From positions 118-64,117 of the forward strand of contig JADHWA010000001.1 in NCBI GenBank assembly GCA_016783715.1: a stretch of DNA of 64,000 bases, given 5' to 3'. The DNA is from Candidatus Omnitrophota bacterium. GTDB lineage: Bacteria > Omnitrophota > Gorgyraeia > Gygaellales > Profunditerraquicolaceae. Position 1 is the stretch's first letter, and each line of letters begins with the position of its first letter. The translations under genes were made by a program, and so were the position numbers. This document shows, piece after piece, positions 18,309-29,959 of this stretch. A model generated the notes under the pieces. It was not told the DNA's origin, ran no database searches, and saw nothing but the letters and a program-made list of their open reading frames with translations.

Positions 18309-20222
18309 CTAACCGTTCTGATACATCATCGGCTTGAGCTTCAGGCCCTGGCGTTTTTTGTCGATATGCGCGATCATAAGATGAGCCGCCTTTATCGGAT
18401 CTACCTCAAAAGCGAATTTTCCTCCTACTATATTCTCTAAATCCTTAGTAATAAAATCAGTAACCTTCTGACTTCCTAAAACCGGCTGTGGCGTGCCAAA
18501 AACAGTAAATACCCCACTGGCTACAAAATAGAAACCGATAGAGATAGCTTTTTCACTCATCCATTCAGGGGCTGCCCCTGCTACTGGCAGGTCACTTAAA
18601 GATTCACCCAATCCGCCTTCTTCGACGATTTTAGAGCAGGCAATCAAAATTCTGGAATTATCTACGCAGCTGCCTACATGTAAAACCGGAGGAATGCCTA
18701 CGGCTTCGCAGATCTCCCGCAACCCATTACCGGCAAATTTAAGAGCTGCCTCAGGCTTAAGCAAACCCATCTTGGCATTAGCTATTGCGGAGCAGCCAGT
18801 CACGACTACTAAAACATCATTCTTAATCAACTCTTTGACCATTTCTGTATGGCCAAAATCATGGCGGACATTAGGATTATTGCAGCCCACTACTCCGGCC
18901 ACCCCCCTTAATCTACCGGAAATTATCCCTTCGTTTACAGGTTTCCAGGTTGATCGGTATTTACCTCCGATTATATAAGGAATATCCTCAGCGGTAAAAC
19001 CGGCCACTAAATCCATTGTTTCCTGAGGTATCACTACCCGTTCCTTCCTGCGATTCTTAAAATTCTCCACAGCTCTTTTAATAATCGTTTTTGATATCTC
19101 CATGGCTCTCTTCTCGTCAAATCCAATATGTGTTACCCCGGGAAATTTTGCTTTGGGGCTAGTAGTAATCAACTCAGTATGGAAACAATTAGCCAGCTCC
19201 GCTAAAGCAGGCATAATGCACTGCACATCAACCATCATTAACTCTACCGAACCTGTAAGAATCGCCAATTCCTGCTGCAGGAAGTTACCCGCTGAATGGA
19301 TACCGTGGCGCATAAGCATCTCATTAGCCGTACAGCACATCCCTACGATATTTATCCCCTCTGCGCCGTTCTTCTTTGCCAGCTTGATCAACTCAGCATC
19401 CTCTGCGGCCTGGACAACTACGTCGGACAGAGTAGGCTCATGTCCATGCACTACAACATTTACGTAATTCTCCTTTAATACTCCCAAGTTTACCTTTGAT
19501 TTGATGGGATTGGGGGCGCCGAATAAGATATCGCTCAACTCTGTAGCAATCATCGAACCGCCCCAACCGTCAGATAAAGCAGTGCGCAGCCCGTGCATAA
19601 TGATGTTCTTATAATCATTATCTACGCCCATGTGTGTACGATGCATACACTCAACAATCTCACGGTCAATTCCCCGAGGGGTAACCCCCAGCTTCCGCCA
19701 GAGATCCTGGGTTTTCTTTGGTGCGCGGGAAATAAACCGCAGTTCACCCTCTTGCTGCCCAAACTCAGACAAAGCCTTCAAAGCCACCTCGCCGGCGATC
19801 TCCAAATCCTTCTTACCATCAAGTTTGATTCCATACAGCGTGGCAATCTCCCTTAATCTTACCGGATTATTGACCCCGTAATCATGTGCTTTGCCTTCGG
19901 CTGCCAATAACAGGGCCTCGGCGATATCTCTTCCATGATCAGAATGAGCAGCCGCTCCTGTGGCGATCATCCTTAAAAGATTGCGCGCTACGATAGTGTC
20001 AGCGCTGGCCCCACAGACACCCTTCTGCGGCCCCTCGCCAAAAGGATCGATACGGCACGGCCCCATATTGCAAATACGGCAACAAATTCCCAGCTGACCA
20101 AAGCCACATTGTGGCTGCATAGTATCATAACGATCCCAGACAATTTTTATATTTTGAGCCTCGGCCTGCTCAATCATCTGCTGACTGGCAACATCTACAC
20201 TTTTTTGCTTTGCATCACTCAT
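18309..20222 (-). CDS. cooS: Anaerobic Ni-containing carbon monoxide dehydrogenase catalytic subunit
   Basis: QCGFG..GICCRICNMGPC, HSDHGR, HGHEP, GMCCTANE, DVQC, GCNN, GSCVDN, SEKA. Confidence 0.97.
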   Translation of the reverse strand: MSDAKQKSVDVASQQMIEQAEAQNIKIVWDRYDTMQPQCGFGQLGICCRICNMGPCRIDPFGEGPQKGVCGASADTIVARNLLRMIATGAAAHSDHGRDIAEALLLAAEGKAHDYGVNNPVRLREIATLYGIKLDGKKDLEIAGEVALKALSEFGQQEGELRFISRAPKKTQDLWRKLGVTPRGIDREIVECMHRTHMGVDNDYKNIIMHGLRTALSDGWGGSMIATELSDILFGAPNPIKSKVNLGVLKENYVNVVVHGHEPTLSDVVVQAAEDAELIKLAKKNGAEGINIVGMCCTANEMLMRHGIHSAGNFLQQELAILTGSVELMMVDVQCIMPALAELANCFHTELITTSPKAKFPGVTHIGFDEKRAMEISKTIIKRAVENFKNRRKERVVIPQETMDLVAGFTAEDIPYIIGGKYRSTWKPVNEGIISGRLRGVAGVVGCNNPNVRHDFGHTEMVKELIKNDVLVVVTGCSAIANAKMGLLKPEAALKFAGNGLREICEAVGIPPVLHVGSCVDNSRILIACSKIVEEGGLGESLSDLPVAGAAPEWMSEKAISIGFYFVASGVFTVFGTPQPVLGSQKVTDFITKDLENIVGGKFAFEVDPIKAAHLMIAHIDKKRQGLKLKPMMYQNG

Positions 20223-20239
20223 ATGATTAACCCCCTACT

Positions 20240-21109
20240 TTATAAACCTGCCGCATCTAATACTAGCGGCACTTTGGTATCCCAGCCGATTGGCATTATA
20301 TGCATACCCTGACAGATCGGCTTCATAGCCTTAATTAGCCCGGCGGCAATCTCAACTGAGACGGCCACTTTATCTTCTGCTTCCTGCATCTTCTTAATCA
20401 ACTCATCCGGTACGGTTACCCCGGCAACATTCTTATTCATATATTTAGCCATACCGGCTGACTTTAACAATACAATGCCCGCCATCACCGGAACTTTTAG
20501 ATGTTTTGTTTTATTTATGAAGTCTTCGAATATCTTTAAGTCATAGACTGCCTGGGTCTGGAAAAACTGGGCACCGGCCTCTATCTTTTGCTCCATCTTG
20601 ATAATCTGGGGTTCCAAAGGATCTGCCCCGGGGTTTACTACCGCTCCCATACAAAACTTTGGCGGGGCACCGGTAAGTTTATTATCCTTCATATCAACTC
20701 CTGTCTGTAGCTTACTTGCTACCTGTAGGAGCAAGACAGAATCCAGATCAAAGACCGGCTTTGCCTCGGGGTGGTCACCTAAGGTGGTGTGATCTCCGGT
20801 AAGAAGCAATAGATTCTCAATCCCCAAACTTGCGGCTGATAGTAGATCTGATTGCAGGGCCAGGCGATTTCTGTCACGGCAAGTCAGCTGAAAAATCGGC
20901 TCAAACCCTTTTTGCTTTAAGAGTGAACAAACCGCTAAAGACCCTAAGCGCATCACCGAACTCTGAAGGTCGGTAACGTTAATCGCATCCACACGGCTAC
21001 GGATCAGCTCGGCGTCCTCTAAGAGTTTAGCGGTCTCAATACCCTTGGGCGGACCGATCTCCGAGGTCAATAAAAACTTCCCTGATTGTAGTTTTTCCTT
21101 AAATGACAT
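20240..21109 (-). CDS. metF: Methylenetetrahydrofolate reductase
   Basis: EIGPPKG, INVTD, TCRDRNR.ALQSDLL, TGD, FFQTQ. Confidence 0.93.
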   Translation of the reverse strand: MSFKEKLQSGKFLLTSEIGPPKGIETAKLLEDAELIRSRVDAINVTDLQSSVMRLGSLAVCSLLKQKGFEPIFQLTCRDRNRLALQSDLLSAASLGIENLLLLTGDHTTLGDHPEAKPVFDLDSVLLLQVASKLQTGVDMKDNKLTGAPPKFCMGAVVNPGADPLEPQIIKMEQKIEAGAQFFQTQAVYDLKIFEDFINKTKHLKVPVMAGIVLLKSAGMAKYMNKNVAGVTVPDELIKKMQEAEDKVAVSVEIAAGLIKAMKPICQGMHIMPIGWDTKVPLVLDAAGL

Positions 21110-21951
21110 TAAAGCTGTAATTTGGTGGCGGCGACAAGGTTGCGCATTAACATGGTAACGGTTAACGGGCCGACTCCGCCGGGAACTGGCGTAATATATG
21201 AGGCCTTTTTTTCGGCTGTCTGAAACTCTACATCTCCGACAATTTTACCTTCAATACGGTTTATCCCCACGTCAATTACTATCGCACCCTCTTTAATCCA
21301 ATCACCTTTAATAAGGTTAGCTTTACCTACTGCGACGATCAGAATCTCAGCGCGACCGACATGCTCCTCTAACTTTTTTGCCTCCGATGTCCCGATGTGA
21401 CATACTGTTACCGTAGCAAACTTCTCCAATAACAGAAGGGCCAGGGGTTTTCCGACAATCTCGCTATGGCCGACAACGACCACTTCCTTCCCGCGCAGAT
21501 TGATCTTTATACTTTCCAATAACTCCATCACCCCAGCCGGAGTACACGGCAGGATTCCCGCTTTACCGAATACAATCTTGCCGATATTCGCCGGATGCAT
21601 CCCCTCCACATCCTTCTCTGGAAGTATAAATTCACTAATCTTCTTGTAATCAATCTGCTCCGGAAGTGGCATCTGAATAATAATACCATTCACCGCTTTG
21701 TCGCGATTCAGTTTCTCGATAAATTCTATCAAAGAACTCTCTGCGGTAAGAACGTCCAGCTGATGAAGCTGGTAATTAATACCTAATCCTTCTGCGGTTT
21801 TGGTCTGTGATTTTACATAAGCCAGGGCTCCGGGATTATCCCCCACAATGATACTGGCTAAGACAGGCTTTATCTCCAACCCCGCGACTTCCTGTTTTAT
21901 CTCTTCCTTTATCTTTGCTGCGATTGGCTTACCCTCTAATAATTGCGCCAA
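21109..21951 (-). CDS. folD: Methylene-THF dehydrogenase/methenyl-THF cyclohydrolase
   Basis: KDVEG, PCTPAG, IVGKP, IDVGINR, TPVPGGVGPLT. Confidence 0.96.
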   Translation of the reverse strand: MAQLLEGKPIAAKIKEEIKQEVAGLEIKPVLASIIVGDNPGALAYVKSQTKTAEGLGINYQLHQLDVLTAESSLIEFIEKLNRDKAVNGIIIQMPLPEQIDYKKISEFILPEKDVEGMHPANIGKIVFGKAGILPCTPAGVMELLESIKINLRGKEVVVVGHSEIVGKPLALLLLEKFATVTVCHIGTSEAKKLEEHVGRAEILIVAVGKANLIKGDWIKEGAIVIDVGINRIEGKIVGDVEFQTAEKKASYITPVPGGVGPLTVTMLMRNLVAATKLQL

Positions 21952-22492
21952 CTTTCTCCTCCGTTTTAAGTCTGATCCTTTTTACTCTTCGATTCTTCTG
22001 TAATAACTCTTTTCTTACCTTGTGAGAGAAATCTTTGTCTTTGAGGTATTTTAAATTAATCTCTACATTGTAATATGCCGCACTAAAACCCGACTCAAGG
22101 AGTACCGCTGCCACCACCACATCACTGATTAAATTCCTGTTGGATTTTTCGATTAATGACGGGCACAACCTGATGGCTTCGTAGCATAACCTGCATACCA
22201 TAAAGGGTACATTTAAAGCGCTCCTGATATTCTTGCTCTTATAAGCGGCAACATCAAGATCCACTAAATTCAGGAATTCCTTCTTTAGGTTTTCTGCGCG
22301 CAGAAGTATCTCTTTTAGCTCTTTCTGGTGTTTTTCGTATTTAGGCTTGCCGAGGGTAAAATTCACCACCATACTGACCAGCGCCACCCCTAAAGCAGCC
22401 GTTAACGCAGCCGCAGAACCTCCGCCTGGGGCAGGAAGCTTGGCTGAAAGATGATCAAGATATTTCTGCAAAGATTCATGTTTATATTTCAT
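21929..22492 (-). CDS. fchA: Cyclodeaminase/methenyl-THF cyclohydrolase family protein
   Basis: PAPGGGSAAAL, NLISD, NVEINL motifs; between fhs and folD. Confidence 0.85.
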   Translation of the reverse strand: MKYKHESLQKYLDHLSAKLPAPGGGSAAALTAALGVALVSMVVNFTLGKPKYEKHQKELKEILLRAENLKKEFLNLVDLDVAAYKSKNIRSALNVPFMVCRLCYEAIRLCPSLIEKSNRNLISDVVVAAVLLESGFSAAYYNVEINLKYLKDKDFSHKVRKELLQKNRRVKRIRLKTEEKVGAIIRG

Positions 22493-24183
22493 GATAATCC
22501 TGTAATATTGCCTCCAGAGTCAATATCTATTCTTTCGCCGGCCGGATGAGTCGGTAATCCCGGCATGGTCTGCATCGTGCCACAGAGAGGATAAAGGAAT
22601 CCGGCTCCCACAGAGGCACGAATATCCCTTATCGGCAGGACGAAATGTCTTGGTCTTCCTTTAAGCTCTGAATCATGCGATAGCGATAGATGAGTCTTGG
22701 CCATACAGATAGGTAATTTATTATAACCTCTTTTTGTAAAAAGAGTAATTTTTTCATCAGCTAGGGGCCCATATTCCACATCCTTGGCCCCGTAGATCTT
22801 TGTGGCGATTGTTTTAATTTTATCTTTAATTGAAGTATCCAAAGGATAAAGAAACTTGAATTTGCTCTTTAGCTTGCTTGCGCTTACAACTGCCCTGGCT
22901 AATTCGGTGCCGCCTCCAGAGCCTTTTGAAAAAACCTCACTTACCACACAATCATGGGCGCCGAATTCTCTGGCCATCTTCTTTACACATTCAATCTCAT
23001 TCTCTGTATCGTGAGCAAATTTATTTATCGCTACAACAACCGGAACGCCGAAGATTCTGACATTCTCAATCTGCTTCTCTAAATTACAGATCCCTTCCTT
23101 GATTGAAGGAATATCCTCCCTCTGTAGGCAGGCATCCAGCGGTCTACCTGCGACGATCTTGAATCTGCCGCTGTGGGACTTAAGCGCCCTAATAGAACAG
23201 ACTACCACTGCCGCATCGGGAACCAGGCCGCTGGCGCGGCATTTAATATCAAAGAACTTCTCAGCCCCGCAATCTGCTCCAAACCCCGCCTCGGTGACAA
23301 CATAATCCGAAAGTGCCAGGGCAATTCTATCCTGTATTATGGAGCTGTTTCCGTGGGCGATATTGGCGAATGGTCCGGCATGCACAAAACAAGGGGTGTG
23401 CTCTATGGTTTGAATCAGGTTAGGCATTATCGCATGTTTCAGGAGTGCGGTCATGCTCCCTGCCACCTTTAAATCTTCTGCGGTTACCGGCTTACCACTG
23501 GTTGTGTCTGCCAGCACGATTTTACCGATACGCCCCCTGAGATCCTTTAAGTTCTTGCTTAAGGCCAGGATCGCCATTATCTCACTGGCGACGGTGATAT
23601 CGAATCCTGTATCGCGCGGGATACCGTTATTCTGACCTCCCAGCCCTATCTTTACATGCCTTAGGAATCTGTCGCTGACATCGACAACCCGGCGCCAATG
23701 AATCCTCTCGGGATTAATCTTAAGATTATTTCCTTTAAAGTAAGAGTTATCAAGGAACGCCGCTGCTAAATTGTGTGCAAGTCCGACTGCATGGACATCA
23801 CCGGTAAAATGCAGGTTAAAATCTTCCATGGGAAGTACCTGCGAGTAGCCTCCGCCTGCAGCACCACCCTTGATCCCGAATACCGGCCCCAAAGACGGCT
23901 GCCTGATACAGGTTGAGGTCAACTTACCTATTCTACTCAAAGCCATTGAAAGCCCGATAGTAGTAACGGTCTTTCCTTCGCCCAATGGCGTGGGGGTAAT
24001 CGCGGTAACTAGAATATATTTACCCCTGGGACGGTTTTTGATTTTATTTAAAATCTCCAGATCTATCTTGGCGATGTATTTGCCCTGGGGGATAAGAAAC
24101 TTTTTGTCGATCTTAAGTTTCCTTGCGATCTTCTCGATGGGTTCTTTTTTTGCTTTTTGGGCGATTTGAATGTCTGAGTGCAT
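22489..24183 (-). CDS. fhs: Formate--tetrahydrofolate ligase
   Basis: TPTPLGEGKT, GIKGGAAGGGY, HAGPFANIAHG, EAGFGAD, TMPGLP. Confidence 0.98.
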   Translation of the reverse strand: MHSDIQIAQKAKKEPIEKIARKLKIDKKFLIPQGKYIAKIDLEILNKIKNRPRGKYILVTAITPTPLGEGKTVTTIGLSMALSRIGKLTSTCIRQPSLGPVFGIKGGAAGGGYSQVLPMEDFNLHFTGDVHAVGLAHNLAAAFLDNSYFKGNNLKINPERIHWRRVVDVSDRFLRHVKIGLGGQNNGIPRDTGFDITVASEIMAILALSKNLKDLRGRIGKIVLADTTSGKPVTAEDLKVAGSMTALLKHAIMPNLIQTIEHTPCFVHAGPFANIAHGNSSIIQDRIALALSDYVVTEAGFGADCGAEKFFDIKCRASGLVPDAAVVVCSIRALKSHSGRFKIVAGRPLDACLQREDIPSIKEGICNLEKQIENVRIFGVPVVVAINKFAHDTENEIECVKKMAREFGAHDCVVSEVFSKGSGGGTELARAVVSASKLKSKFKFLYPLDTSIKDKIKTIATKIYGAKDVEYGPLADEKITLFTKRGYNKLPICMAKTHLSLSHDSELKGRPRHFVLPIRDIRASVGAGFLYPLCGTMQTMPGLPTHPAGERIDIDSGGNITGLS

Positions 24184-24188
24184 GAGGT

Positions 24189-24569
24189 CTAGTAGGAGTA
24201 GTGGCCGCCTAAACTAAAGGCATCTCTAATCAGCCTGATCTGCGGCCTCTGGTCTAAATATGTTATAGATAAAACGTCAAACCTTAATTTCTGAGAATTT
24301 AATTTCTTATCTTTAAGATATGCAAGAGCTGTCTTGGTAATATGCCTCTTTTTTAAATCTGTTATTGCTTCCTCCGGAAGTCCGAATCTAGCGCTCCTGC
24401 GGGCCTTAACTTCAACGAAACAGATAGTTCTTCTTTCTGAGGCAATGATATCTATTTCTCCGAATCCACACCGGTAATTCCTGGCTATTATTCTGTAGCC
24501 GTTTTTTTGAAGGAACTCTGCTGCCATGCTCTCTGTGCAGGTAGCAAGCCTCAGTCGTTCTTTAGACAC
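24189..24569 (-). CDS. yraN: YraN family putative endonuclease
   Basis: RNYR..GEIDII, FVEVKAR, RFDV; likely GTG start 24569. Confidence 0.9.
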   Translation of the reverse strand: MSKERLRLATCTESMAAEFLQKNGYRIIARNYRCGFGEIDIIASERRTICFVEVKARRSARFGLPEEAITDLKKRHITKTALAYLKDKKLNSQKLRFDVLSITYLDQRPQIRLIRDAFSLGGHYSY

Positions 24570-25164
24570 AGGAGAAACTCTCCCTGTGCAGAAAACAACG
24601 ACCATGCTTCTCTATGGCCTGCCTGTGCCTGGCGGTTGGATATCCCTTATTCTCTATGAAGCCGTAATCCGGGACTATCCGGTCGTATATACCCATGATC
24701 CTATCGCGGACGACCTTGGCGATAATCGAAGCAGAAGCAATAGCCAAGGAGCGCGAATCACCCTTGGTAATACTTAAAAAGGGGAGAGCCAGATCAAGCT
24801 TCATCTGGCCGTCAACCAGACAAAAGCAGGATTTCTTCTCTTTGCTCTCTAATTTCTGCATCACTGAGGAGACTGCCTCCTGCATAGCCAGCCGCGTAGC
24901 CTCCAGTATATTAATCCGGTCTATCAACTTCTCGTTGACTACGCCGATACCAAAGATCACCTTGCTGACTAATACGGAAAATGCCTCTTGCCTTTGCAAA
25001 GAGCTGAGTTTCTTGGAATCGTCTATACGGCAGCCAAAAGAGAAATCTTTTAATGCTGCAGCTGCCGCTACCACCGGGCCTGCCAGAGGGCCTCGGCCCA
25101 CTTCATCCACCCCGATGATATAATCAAATCCTTTTTTTTTAAATTTTCGCTCGTAATAGAGCAT
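24562..25164 (-). CDS. rnhB: Ribonuclease HII
   Basis: GVDEVGRGPLAGPV, DSKKL, KGD, AKVVRD, KGYPT; start ATG 25164. Confidence 0.96.
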   Translation of the reverse strand: MLYYERKFKKKGFDYIIGVDEVGRGPLAGPVVAAAAALKDFSFGCRIDDSKKLSSLQRQEAFSVLVSKVIFGIGVVNEKLIDRINILEATRLAMQEAVSSVMQKLESKEKKSCFCLVDGQMKLDLALPFLSITKGDSRSLAIASASIIAKVVRDRIMGIYDRIVPDYGFIENKGYPTARHRQAIEKHGRCFLHRESFSCV

Positions 25165-25165
25165 C

Positions 25166-25534
25166 CTAAGAGGGCGGATTCTCTTTCTTAGTTTTTGATG
25201 CAATCTTGGTTGCGCGCTTGCCAACTTTGCCGCGTAGATAATAGAGCTTTGCCTTCTTTACCTTGCCGGAACGGCTAATCTCGATACGCTCGATGCTCGG
25301 CGAATGAAGCGGATAGACGCGCTCTATACCCTCTCCGTAAGAAACCTTCCTTACTGTAAAGCTCTCTTTTACTCCTTTGCCTTTTTTGGCGATCACTACC
25401 CCCTCAAAGGGGTGCAATCTTACCTTATCGGGTCCTTCGGGGATCTTGACTAAAACTTTGACCGTATCCCCTACATTGAACTTAGGCATATCTTTCTTTA
25501 AATATTCGGATTCAATAAGTTTAATTTTATCCAT
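25166..25534 (-). CDS. rplS: 50S ribosomal protein L19
   Basis: [32 protein letters not shown]. Confidence 0.97.
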   Translation of the reverse strand: MDKIKLIESEYLKKDMPKFNVGDTVKVLVKIPEGPDKVRLHPFEGVVIAKKGKGVKESFTVRKVSYGEGIERVYPLHSPSIERIEISRSGKVKKAKLYYLRGKVGKRATKIASKTKKENPPS

Positions 25535-25541
25535 TGCTTGT

Positions 25542-26249
25542 TTACTGCTCCTTTCGCTTTCTTCTAAGATTAAGGAGGTCAGGCCTTCTCTTCCTCGTCT
25601 TCTTTAATGCCTCTTTCCTCCTCCAATCTTCTATTTTCTTGTGATTACCTGCTAGAAGTATTTCCGGAACACACATCCTGCGAAAATTTGCGGGCCTGGT
25701 GTACTGCGGATACTCTAATAGATTACCAACGAATGACTCAAAATTCAAGGAATTTTTATCCCCTAATACCCCAGGGATAAGCCGGATAATCGAATCTACC
25801 AGGACCATTGCCGGCAGCTCACCTCCGGTCAGAACATAATCTCCAATTGAAATCTTCCTATCCACAAGATATTTTCTGACACGCTCATCTACGCCCTCAT
25901 AACGACCACAGATTAAGATCAGATGTTTCTTTTGGCTTAAGGTTTTGGATAACTTCTGGCTTAAAACCTCTCCCTGAGGACACAAGAGGATAACCTCGGG
26001 CTTATTTTTGGATTTTACCGACTTAATTATTGACTCAACTGCCCGGAAGATAGGCTCTGCATTCATTACCATCCCCGATCCGCCGCCAAACGGGCGATCA
26101 TCGACCTTGCGGTGCCGGTCTAAGGTATAGTCGCGCAGATTGTGTACGTGAATCTTAACTTTTTTACTAGCTTGAGCCCGCTTGATGATCGACTCATTCA
26201 ACACCGGCTCAAACATCTTTGGGAATATAGTAATAATATCTATGCGCAT
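25542..26249 (-). CDS. trmD: tRNA (guanine37-N1)-methyltransferase
   Basis: [41 protein letters not shown]. Confidence 0.97.
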   Translation of the reverse strand: MRIDIITIFPKMFEPVLNESIIKRAQASKKVKIHVHNLRDYTLDRHRKVDDRPFGGGSGMVMNAEPIFRAVESIIKSVKSKNKPEVILLCPQGEVLSQKLSKTLSQKKHLILICGRYEGVDERVRKYLVDRKISIGDYVLTGGELPAMVLVDSIIRLIPGVLGDKNSLNFESFVGNLLEYPQYTRPANFRRMCVPEILLAGNHKKIEDWRRKEALKKTRKRRPDLLNLRRKRKEQ

Positions 26250-26256
26250 AATTTTT

Positions 26257-27437
<1,181 letters not shown>

Positions 27438-28541
27438 CTAAATTATCAGCATTGCATCGCCGTAACTGTAAAAACGGTATCTGCTCTCAATTGCTTCTCT
27501 GTATGCCTTCTTGGCTAACTCGATTCCCGCTCCGCCATAAAGATTGGCGGATGCGCCTGCGGCGCAAAAAGCACAAACCAGCATAAACAGCGTGGTCCGC
27601 GGCAGATGAAAGTTCGTCAACAGGCAATCTACGGCTTTAAATTTATATCCAGGATAAATAAATATATCGGTGGCACCTTGCTGCTTCTTCTCTATTACGT
27701 TGGCTTCTAATGCCCGGCAACTGGTTGTCCCCACGGCAACAATCCGTTTACCCGAGCTATGGGTTTGGTGAATTAGTTTTAAGGAATCTTTCGATATCTG
27801 GTAAAATTCCTCCTCCATCTTATGTCCACGGATATCCTCTGACTTCACCGGCTTAAATGTACCAACACCTACATGCAGAGTAAGCTCAGCGATATTTACG
27901 CCGGAGGATTTAATCTCCTCCAGCAGAGCAGGTGTAAAATGCAAGCCGGCGGTGGGCGCGGCTACCGCCCCAGCTTTCTTTGCATATACGGTCTGATAAT
28001 AAGAATCATCCAGTTTTTCTACATCTCTTTTTATATAAGGAGGCAGGGGCATCCTCCCTAAGGAATATATCTTTTCTGTGTCAGCGGTGTTAAAGCCTAT
28101 CTCTCTTTTGCCCTTTATTACTCCAAGGGTCTTACCTCCATTAAAGATTATCTGCTCCTGGAGTTTTACCCGGGTAGGTTTAATCAAAGCCTCAAATGAA
28201 GCCCCTTCCAAATTCCTTCCTGAGGCGGAATCCCGACCCCCGACGATTCTGCCGGGGCGTCGGGAGAGCAACCCGCTTTTCTTCTTGTTAAGCAGAAATA
28301 CTTCTACCCTTCCCCCAGTCCTCCTCCTGCCGATCAGACGACACCGCAGGACCTTTGTATTATTTAATACTAATAAATCTCCGGGCTCAAGGTAGCTCTC
28401 CAGCTCACCGAAGTTGCAATGTTTGATTGATCCAGCCTTCCGGTCTAAAACCAGGAGGCGCGCATCATCCCGCTTCTTTAGCGGATATTGCGCTATCAGC
28501 TCCTTAGGAAGATGATAGTCAAAGTCTGAAAGCTTAAGCAT
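27438..28541 (-). CDS. queA: S-adenosylmethionine:tRNA ribosyltransferase-isomerase, with two in-frame palindrome-derived insertions
   Basis: FDYHLP, LPPYI, APTAGLHF, TNFHLP, YRFYSYGDAM. Confidence 0.96.
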   Translation of the reverse strand: MLKLSDFDYHLPKELIAQYPLKKRDDARLLVLDRKAGSIKHCNFGELESYLEPGDLLVLNNTKVLRCRLIGRRRTGGRVEVFLLNKKKSGLLSRRPGRIVGGRDSASGRNLEGASFEALIKPTRVKLQEQIIFNGGKTLGVIKGKREIGFNTADTEKIYSLGRMPLPPYIKRDVEKLDDSYYQTVYAKKAGAVAAPTAGLHFTPALLEEIKSSGVNIAELTLHVGVGTFKPVKSEDIRGHKMEEEFYQISKDSLKLIHQTHSSGKRIVAVGTTSCRALEANVIEKKQQGATDIFIYPGYKFKAVDCLLTNFHLPRTTLFMLVCAFCAAGASANLYGGAGIELAKKAYREAIESRYRFYSYGDAMLII

Positions 28542-28568
28542 AAGTATCTAATAGATCTTTTTCGGGTA

Positions 28569-29741
28569 TTAGTTTTTCTTAAGAAATGCTATTGTCTTTG
28601 GGGTAATATTATCATATGAGTAAAGGACAATTGCCTCAGGAGCCAAATCCTTAACTGATTCGTACTGCCTGTAGAATTTATCTAAGTTATCTGGCATTAG
28701 AAAAAATCCCAGGCCTATATATACCTTGCCTTTGGCGTTATAGGCATTGGCTGCTCTGGTAATCTCTTTGACCAGATGGTCATCTTTGGAGTAATTCATC
28801 AGCACCACATGATCCACGATCCCCTCCTCCAGCCATAGAGGCCAATCCTGGAACATACTGCTGTATGCGCGTTCAGCAGCGGTGATAGCTGCAGCGGATA
28901 ATTTAAAACCTTTGTGCTTCTTCCCAACCTCACGGTTTATCCTCTCCACCAATGAAGTAATCTGATCCCGCCTCCACTGATCCCAGAGCGCAAAGTCCTT
29001 ATCCTCATTCAATCCTTCGAGAACATCAATACCCCTAGTCTGGCGGAAACGCTCGATATTCTTCTGCCCATATCCGTAGCTTATCCCGAATTTAGTGAAT
29101 TTTGAGCTGGGAATAAAAGGGACTGTCATCGGATACCTTACGTAGTCCAGGTGTATCCCGGAAAACCCCGGGTATCTATTCATAATCTCTTGAGCAACCG
29201 CAAGTAAAAAATCCGATACCCGCGGGTCTCCGGGCTCTAAGAATAACTGATCTTCCCTCAGGTAATATTCATCAGATTCATTTGGATTCTTACGGCCTGA
29301 AGCCCGCAAGTACTGGTCGCGGGTCAGAATACTGCGACCATGCTTGGCTATGATCAGGGCATCTTCATTCAAACCCAGGCTCAACAGATTCACCCAGGCA
29401 TGCACCCTGATATTATTGACCGAGGCCTCCGCTATTATAAAATCCAGTGCATCTTTATCTTTCTCCCTGAATAATTTAGAATATTTGCTCTTATCGTGAG
29501 TCGGGGAATCATAATAAGCCTTGCCTGACTGGTAGATCTGCAGATATATATCGCTGATCCCGGCCTGCTTACAGGTATCGATAAGCTCAGAGGCCGCCTT
29601 CCTCGAATACAAAACCTCTTTATCGGTGAAGACGCTTACCCAAACCCCCTTCTCCGGATTCGCTGTCTCTGCATGCGCATGCAAGGATAATAGAGATAAA
29701 ACAAAACAAACTACAACCAAAAATTTTTTATAATTTTTCAT
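28569..29741 (-). CDS. Exported glycoside hydrolase-like (GHL10/DUF187-type) protein
   Basis: Signal peptide; VHAW, GIHLDYVRYP, QDWPLW, MNY patterns; ATGA overlap with upstream gene. Confidence 0.75.
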   Translation of the reverse strand: MKNYKKFLVVVCFVLSLLSLHAHAETANPEKGVWVSVFTDKEVLYSRKAASELIDTCKQAGISDIYLQIYQSGKAYYDSPTHDKSKYSKLFREKDKDALDFIIAEASVNNIRVHAWVNLLSLGLNEDALIIAKHGRSILTRDQYLRASGRKNPNESDEYYLREDQLFLEPGDPRVSDFLLAVAQEIMNRYPGFSGIHLDYVRYPMTVPFIPSSKFTKFGISYGYGQKNIERFRQTRGIDVLEGLNEDKDFALWDQWRRDQITSLVERINREVGKKHKGFKLSAAAITAAERAYSSMFQDWPLWLEEGIVDHVVLMNYSKDDHLVKEITRAANAYNAKGKVYIGLGFFLMPDNLDKFYRQYESVKDLAPEAIVLYSYDNITPKTIAFLKKN

Positions 29742-29959
29742 CTCTTCCCCCAAAAATAAAAGATTACAGAAATTATCAGGCTCAACAACAAACAGGTAGC
29801 CAGGGGAAAATAAACCGTAAAATTCTTCCTCTGGATTAAAATATCCCCCGGTAGCTTACCGGCAAAAGGAATCTTGTTAAAAAGAACAAGAATAACTCCT
29901 AAGATGACTAACGCTCCCCCTAAAAAAATTAGTGCTCTGCCCAACAGCCCTAGATTCAT
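29738..29959 (-). CDS. DUF2905-like small membrane protein
   Basis: GKLPGDI...NFTVYFPL pattern between two hydrophobic segments. Confidence 0.8.
   Translation of the reverse strand: MNLGLLGRALIFLGGALVILGVILVLFNKIPFAGKLPGDILIQRKNFTVYFPLATCLLLSLIISVIFYFWGKR

Noticed and set aside
14311-18331. Shared TACATCATCGG (PMM) near the ends of acsB and cooS
   Set aside because: Only 11 bp; compatible with chance
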